A DNA stretch of 64,000 nucleotides from Chlorokybus atmophyticus (Eukaryota; Plantae; Mesostigma and Chlorokybus algae): the NCBI GenBank assembly GCA_009103225.1, contig RHPI01002048.1, forward strand, positions 237,702 through 301,701. Reading direction: 5' to 3'. The translations under genes were made by a program, and so were the position numbers. Positions 57,784 through 64,000 of this stretch are shown in pieces; the first letter of the stretch is position 1, and the number at the start of each line of letters is the position of its first letter. The notes below the pieces were generated by a model that was not told the origin of the DNA, made no database searches, and saw only the letters and a list, made by a program, of their open reading frames with translations.

Positions 57784-60089
57784 NNNNNNNNNNNNNNNNN
57801 NNNNNNNNNNNNNNNNNNNNNNNNNNNNNNNNNNNNNNNNNNNNNNNNNNNNNNNNNNNNNNNNNNNNNNNNNNNNNNNNNNNNNNNNNNNNNNNNNNNN
57901 NNNNNNNNNNNNNNNNNNNNNNNNNNNNNNNNNNNNNNNNNNNNNNNNNNNNNNNNNNNNNNNNNNNNNNNNNNNNNNNNNNNNNNNNNNNNNNNNNNNN
58001 NNNNNNNNNNNNNNNNNNNNNNNNNNNNNNNNNNNNNNNNNNNNNNNNNNNNNNNNNNNNNNNNNNNNNNNNNNNNNNNNNNNNNNNNNNNNNNNNNNNN
58101 NNNNGGGGGGGCTGGGAGGAGGAGGGGCACATTCGCACGCTGCATGTTGACACAATCACCACTTTGCCGTTGATATTGTGGCTGACGCTGCGACTGTGCT
58201 TGAAACAGGTAGCCACTGCATGTGCATAACTAACAGGGTGGGGTAGCTGGTAGTAGTAGACATAGCGGTGAGTTGTAGTTGGCTATGCCCGTTGGTGCTG
58301 CTTGTTGAATGAAGGTATGTGTTGAGGAATGCGGCCTGCTAAGTGACATTGTGCATGTACAATGGATGTGCAGCACTTATTGCATGCCTAGAATAGGTTT
58401 GGAGATCTATGCACATACAACACCACATCTTACATGATCCACCACCGGCTATGCTACCTATGCTACTACTACTACTCTACTCACCTTCCCCGTTAGTCAT
58501 ACAAGCATGCACGTGTTAAGTCATCACGTCACCCTCAGTGCGCGGTGCATCGCCATTGTGCGCACTACTGTGTGCGCACAATGGCGATGCGACGCTTGCA
58601 TCAGACAACGTGACGCTACTCGTGTATGAGAGATAGTATGCGAGATCTGTAGCATACATCGTGTCAAGCACAAGCGGTGTCATGCATAGCATGCAGCACA
58701 CGGCACGTGCAGTCTCATGCTGACACTTCATACCACAACTCACCACCATGCTATTTGCTGACTCTAAGTGTGGCTGATGCATTGTGGCACAGGCAAGCGC
58801 ACTAAATCATAGTCGATAGCACACACACACAAACAAGCGCAGATTAGCACACACGGTATCATACACCTTTTGTACACGTCATGAATTACAAGCGGCACGG
58901 GCAACTCGCCTACATGTGTGCTTGTAGCTAAGTGCACGCAGGGCGATGGCGAAAGCGCGTAGGCAAAGTTCAAGGCAAGAACTTGTTGCACAAGGGCTAT
59001 ATGTATGTAGACGCTCCCTTGCATGGACCTTTTTCGTATCCTGATGCACGGAAGGCTTCATGCTGTTGGTCGCATGTGGCTGTAATACGCATGGTCACAT
59101 GAGAAGCTTGTAGTCGTACGTATGGTTGCACAGGCCGGTAATACGATTGACCCACTCGCGGTGGGGACTCACGGCCTTGGTGAAGCACTTTTAGCGCGTG
59201 TTGCGGCTATGTGTAAGAGGCTTGGTGGGGTGCAGGGCGTAGAGCAGCCTCCTTGCAGCTGCCCTGCATCATAGGCATGCACCACTACCTTCTCCCGACC
59301 TTCCCTCCTTGCCTCCCCTGCATTGCTGTTGCTGTTGCCTCGCGATCTACGCATCTTGACCATAGGGATGTGCTACAGGTTTGTGATTACATTGGTGCTG
59401 CTGCCTACTACCTTGCATGTGACGTAGCTGTCGTTCCTTCGTTGGCGATAATGGCAATGGGGGTGCTGCTGTCATAGTGGCGTTTGCAAATGCATGACCG
59501 ATTTACTCCACCACTGCGATGAAAGCCGTGGCGTGTTGTGCGAACAAACGCTTCCATAGCCTCAGACCTAGCCCTCGCGCATGTGACAATATGTGACTAT
59601 GCAACATACGGCAAATGGCTTCGGCCTTGAGAATGCTGTACACAGTCATGTCATTACGCATACAGCCAAGCCCTCACCTCGCTCACACCACCCGACCAGC
59701 CCACTCAGCCGCAGCACAACGCCCCAGTGCTATTAATTGCTCATGCCGCCTTCCTAACCGCCACATTGCGCGCCGACGCCGTCACCGCCATTACCCGGCC
59801 CACCCTGGCCCGATGTCACACCATGGCTAGCGCCGCATCAGCCTCAGCGACAGGCAGGCACGGGTGTGTGGGAGTGTGCAGTGCCATACCATCAACGTTG
59901 CTTATGTGCGGCTTCATGATACAAAGCGGTGTGCTTGCAACTGTGCAAGTTCAAAGATGAACTGCGCGGACTTCTAATCAATGCTGTTTAGCAACATTAA
60001 GACTGGTGAAGATTCTGAGAGGACAGCTATGCACGAAAATTACTGCACCTCCCAAGCAGGTGAAACTTGCCGGCTTTGGAACACACATA

Positions 60090-61858
60090 TTAGAAACGTT
60101 TTACCCTCCAATCAAACATGACATCCTCAGGTATCTCTTCCCCTTCACTATCTTCTTCATCTTGGTGTTGAGACTCCTGTTTGTGTCGCGCAGCTGCAGC
60201 AGCTCTTCTCCTGCGCTCCTCTGTTTCTTTCCGCAAAGTTTCAATTTTTTCTACTTGCAACCTGCAGCATAGAGGAACAAGCAGTTACATGCACTGCAGG
60301 TGCCCTATGCCTCCTTTTTGAGCGACCCACACAAATCCATGTGAACGCCAAGCGGTGCACATACATTTGTTCAAATGCGTCGCGCTCCTCCCTTACTTCA
60401 GCGGCCTCCATCTGGCAATGCACAGACATGCTGAGCTTGCCGTTGCATTCATATGGCAACACGATGCAGCTGCCATATTGCGCGCATGGCTTACCAATTG
60501 CGCATCATCTTCATCATCCGCATGCTCCAGATCACCCTGGATTGCCTGTTGAAACTGCTGCAGCTGGTCCCTATATTGAAAAAAACACGTTACACAACAG
60601 GATAATGCCATGATATACACCAGCCGTACCACAACATCACATCTGCACATGTCAAAGAAGCAAAGGGGCTTACACAACATCCGGTTTGACAAGCTCGATG
60701 CCGCGCGCTTTGTGGTCAGCAACGGTGTCATCGAAGAAGCCCTCCGGCAATGCCGCGTTGGTGGGCTTTTCCTTCTCCGCTGCTGCCGGCTGGCCACTCT
60801 TCTGTGCAGCTCCTTGCACCTTGGCACCAGGCTGGACCGGCTGCGATACAGACTGAACTGAGGGAACAGCCTTTGCAGGCAGATCCTGATGATGATTCGC
60901 TGCAACACCTGGCTGAGGTTTTGCTGCGGGATCGGCTGTATGACAAAAGACACATCAGCGCTACTGATTACATGCTTACGCACTGTTGCAGTGCACATAT
61001 GCAAGTGTCACAGCAAACCAAATGCAAATACGTGCCTGGCCTTGGCTTCTTTGCAGTGGGTGCGGCGTCGAAGAAGTCGGCCGGCAGGCCGGCTGCGGCC
61101 GTTTTAGGTGCAACGGCGGAAGGAGGAGGCAGCTTTGTTGCTGCGCTGGCTGCAGGCTTGGTGGGTGTTGGATTAGACGCAGTGTTGACGGCTCCAGCTG
61201 GCTGTAACGCGCGCGCCTTCAATGCTTGCACTGCCTAGCACAAGGAGGATGCATCAAGCCACTGGTCACAACGTGACGCAGTGCTTGTCACAAAAGCCAG
61301 CGTACTACAACAGCGCCACCGAATGACATGCAGTGGTACGCTGCCATGCAAAAGTAGCAACAAGTATATCGCAGCGTAAAAAGTATGGGTGCGCTTTCGC
61401 ACCTCAGTGTGCTTTTTGGAGCCGCAGTGTACCGACCAGATGGCTTCGGACTTGACAACCACTTGGCATACTGCGCAAGTGAGCTGACCCGACGCATTGT
61501 ACCTGCGGGTAAGCGCAGAGAGTCTGGTCACACAACAGCAAGCACACAGACACTCCACGCTTGCACGCGTGGGATGCTGATGCAATGCCACTGCCAACAC
61601 AAACCATGCAGTTGCACACAACGACGCAGCAGCTTATGCACTTAGCATGACAACATGCATGCTGAAGCCGCGGCATGCGAGCAAGTGCAACAGCTAGCCA
61701 AGTGTGTGCAATGCCAATGCAATACCCAAGCACGAGATTAAGCTTAGCTAAGCTTAACACAACATTGCTCACTTGGCGAGCGGGTGGTCTATACGGTTGT
61801 CTCGCTTCTGCACGGCTCCTTTCATCAGCGACCGCAGCGCCGCTTTGCGGTCAGCCAT
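60090..61858 (-). CDS. ZNF830: Zinc finger protein 830 (CCDC16) homologue
   Basis: Exons 61858-61773, 61502-61403, 61234-61036, 60935-60674, 60570-60495, ~60410-60364 and ~60263-60090. MADRKAALRSL...RIDHPLAKYNASGQLTCAVCQVVVKSEAIWSVHCGSKKH, LPADFFD, LPEGFFDD, C-terminal MFDWRVKRF*. Confidence 0.88.
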
Positions 61859-62535
61859 TCTGGCTTGCCCTCCTTGACGACTCTTAATCAAAGGAAGACA
61901 TCTACGCTAGCTGCGTGGAACAGCACGGCAAGCCTGAAAAAATGCTATGCCTCAACAAGCCTCCTCCAGACTGTTTCAGGCAGGCACACAAGCAGCAGCA
62001 AGACAAGCAGTCATTGAGCTATTCGTCGCTACAGTTCCTTAATCAACCAAGCTCTAAGAATGTGCATGCGCCCTCGCTGGAAAGTCTAGCTTATCGACCA
62101 GCATAGTGTAGCTGGTTAACAACACCCGCCTTTGGCACTACACCTCAACCTGCCGCCACGCTGACACAGCCAGGCCAGAGTCGATCAGGCCACAATACCA
62201 GCTTGATGACAGTTAACCTCTCAGCTTCCTACAAGCTAGTTTGCCCGCCCGCGACACTCGCACTCAACTCGCAGCGCGCATTAGCGTCCACCTTCCGACC
62301 TCTTCAATTAGGGTTTGTTGAACGCAACCAATCGATCAGACTACACCAGGCCAGGCCAGGCCAAGCTAGGGCAGTGCTGCTTGCGCCGGATGGGGCTGAG
62401 GCGCACTGGTTGGAGCTGAAGTGGTGGAATGCCGGCGGCGGTTGCGGACATCGGCGCATGCCTGGAGCTGGGCGTCCAAGATGTAGTACGCTACATCTGT
62501 AGGAAGGGGTTGATAGCTGGCTGATGTGAGGTGGC
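61859..62535. promoter_or_regulatory. Probable shared or bidirectional promoter region of ZNF830 and VPS53
   Basis: Head-to-head start codons only ~680 bp apart. No TSS evidence. Confidence 0.45.
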
Positions 62536-63924
62536 ATGGCGGCGACTTTGGCTGCAGTGAAGCCTAGGCCTGATGTTTCATTGGGAAGACAGGTACTCTA
62601 TAGGTCGCAATCACACCTCAGGTGCTGCAGATCTGTTGGTGCGTCCACCCTTGCTCCTAACTGTCTGTAGTGCTTGCTTGAGACAGTTGGATTTGCTCAG
62701 TTGTTCAATTTGTTAGCACTATTGAGCTGTGCAAGTTATCATCTGGTGGCTGAGTTGATGAAAGATACAGCTTGTACTGCACATACCTAGGTCACAACAC
62801 GGACAAGATGTGCAGCTCAATGGTAGCGCAAACAACTTTGTTGTGGCAATGAAGCAGCATTCCTCTCTGCGCTTGATAATCGGGTACCAATGCGGATCTC
62901 AATTTCGTCTTGAAACTGCTTGTAACAACTAGCAGTGGGTATGTTGAGATTCATGCTCCTGAGTTGGTCGTGTTGGTGATGACTCGCCAAGTGCACACCA
63001 CGTTTGTTGACTACGCTGCATGATGCTCGCAAATTTGTCCTGACTATAAATCGTGCGTGCATGTCAACGCAATGCACGCGTGACGCGTGCATTGCGTATG
63101 ACCATGCGCACTATGCATTGTGCGTGGTACATATGACCACGCACAATGCATAGTGTGCGTGGTCATATGTGTTGGTGCGCTGTCAAGAGTGCATATGATG
63201 ACGCCTTCGGTGGCAGGCATCCTCGCCACTGAGGCGTGCCATTTCAACGCCAAGAGGCAAGCACACAGGAGAAGATGGCGCCAGCCGAGCGCCGGACTTG
63301 GACTCGGCCGGCTTCAGTGTCATTGATTTTGTCAACCAGATTTTCCCCAATGGTGGTGACAATTCCCCCAGTAATATGCACATGGTTATCAGTGTACCGG
63401 TCTCATTGTCCCCCAATGTGCAGAAGCCTCGTTGGTTGGTGTTGACCCGCTCATAAACAAGTTGAAGAACCGCATAAGACATGTCGATGCGGAGATACTC
63501 ACCGCAGTCCGGCAGCAGGTAAGGCTTACAACACCACTAGTGTGAACATATGGAGTCACACAGTTTTTGAGTGATATACGTCAGTACCAGTCCAGCCTTT
63601 GAATGTGCGCATGTGCGTGACACATTGCATTATCTGCAGAGCACATCTGGCTCGCAAGCGCGACACGATCTCGCCGACGCTCAAAGGGCAATACAGGTAG
63701 AATTGACGGTTCGGTAATGTGTGTGCCAGGCGTTATGCGCTATTGTCAAATAATGGTTGTGCGTGTCATCTAGGAGCTGTTCACCAAGATCAAGGAGATC
63801 AAGAAGAAGGCAGAGCAGAGTGAAGTCATGGTCCAGGAGATCTGCAGGGACATCAAGAAGCTCGACTACGCGAAGAAGCACCTTACAACCACCATCACAG
63901 CACTCCGGCGCCTTGCTATGCTCG
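62536..63924 (+). CDS. VPS53: Vacuolar protein sorting 53 (GARP/EARP subunit), 5' part; continues beyond the window
   Basis: Exons 62536-62592 (tentative), 63217-63352, 63424-63518, 63640-63696 and 63774-63924. [26 protein letters not shown]...[14 protein letters not shown]...[50 protein letters not shown]. Confidence 0.93.
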
Positions 63925-64000
63925 GTGCGTTACCTTTGGCGTGCATGTGCATGTATGTGTATGTGGGGCGTGTGTGCGTGTGCGTGCATGGCTCCTTGAC

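Noticed and set aside
57353-58216. Long SL/RE-repeat ORFs
   Set aside because: GA microsatellite plus N-gap.
59169-59363. ARRLLYALHPTK as a J-domain remnant
   Set aside because: Single short resemblance (HPTK versus HPDK) followed by a stop, with no supporting helices.
1-64000. tRNA, rRNA, snRNA genes and telomeric repeats
   Set aside because: No cloverleaf, rRNA or TTTAGGG-type signature noticed by eye. A tRNAscan/Infernal run would be needed to exclude them.

Overview
Eukaryotic genomic DNA, not prokaryotic: intron-rich genes, microsatellites and four N-gaps next to poly-G runs. The gene content (phi-class GST, plant AFR/SAP30-type protein, chromoviruses) suggests a green-lineage alga, probably an early-diverging streptophyte; this is an inference. 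Bases 1-49000 are mostly nested transposons around one intact host gene (SAP30-like, 29833-32303). Bases 52000-64000 hold an RRM + RING-finger gene, ZNF830 and the 5' part of VPS53. The standout is an 11.1-kb Ty3/gypsy-type retrotransposon (11157-22242, minus strand, TG...CA ends, TTAT target duplication) inserted into the catalytic segment of an intron-containing Crypton tyrosine-recombinase gene. Its apparently single ancestral polyprotein reads gag(2xCCHC) - unknown ~800 aa region - protease - C5 cytosine DNA methyltransferase - RT - RNase H - DDE integrase - PHD finger. It lacks two ordinary LTRs. Instead it has split direct repeats (A1-ORFs-B1-A2-B2), a layout known from tyrosine-recombinase retroelements, with a palindromic internal junction. 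It also has a 14-nt repeat shared by the PPT-defined and PBS-defined ends, and a 15-nt self-complementary primer site ~30 nt downstream of a TATA box. Together these suggest a self-priming, circle-integrating, methyltransferase-carrying retroelement. All assignments were made by eye from motifs; no searches or alignments were run.
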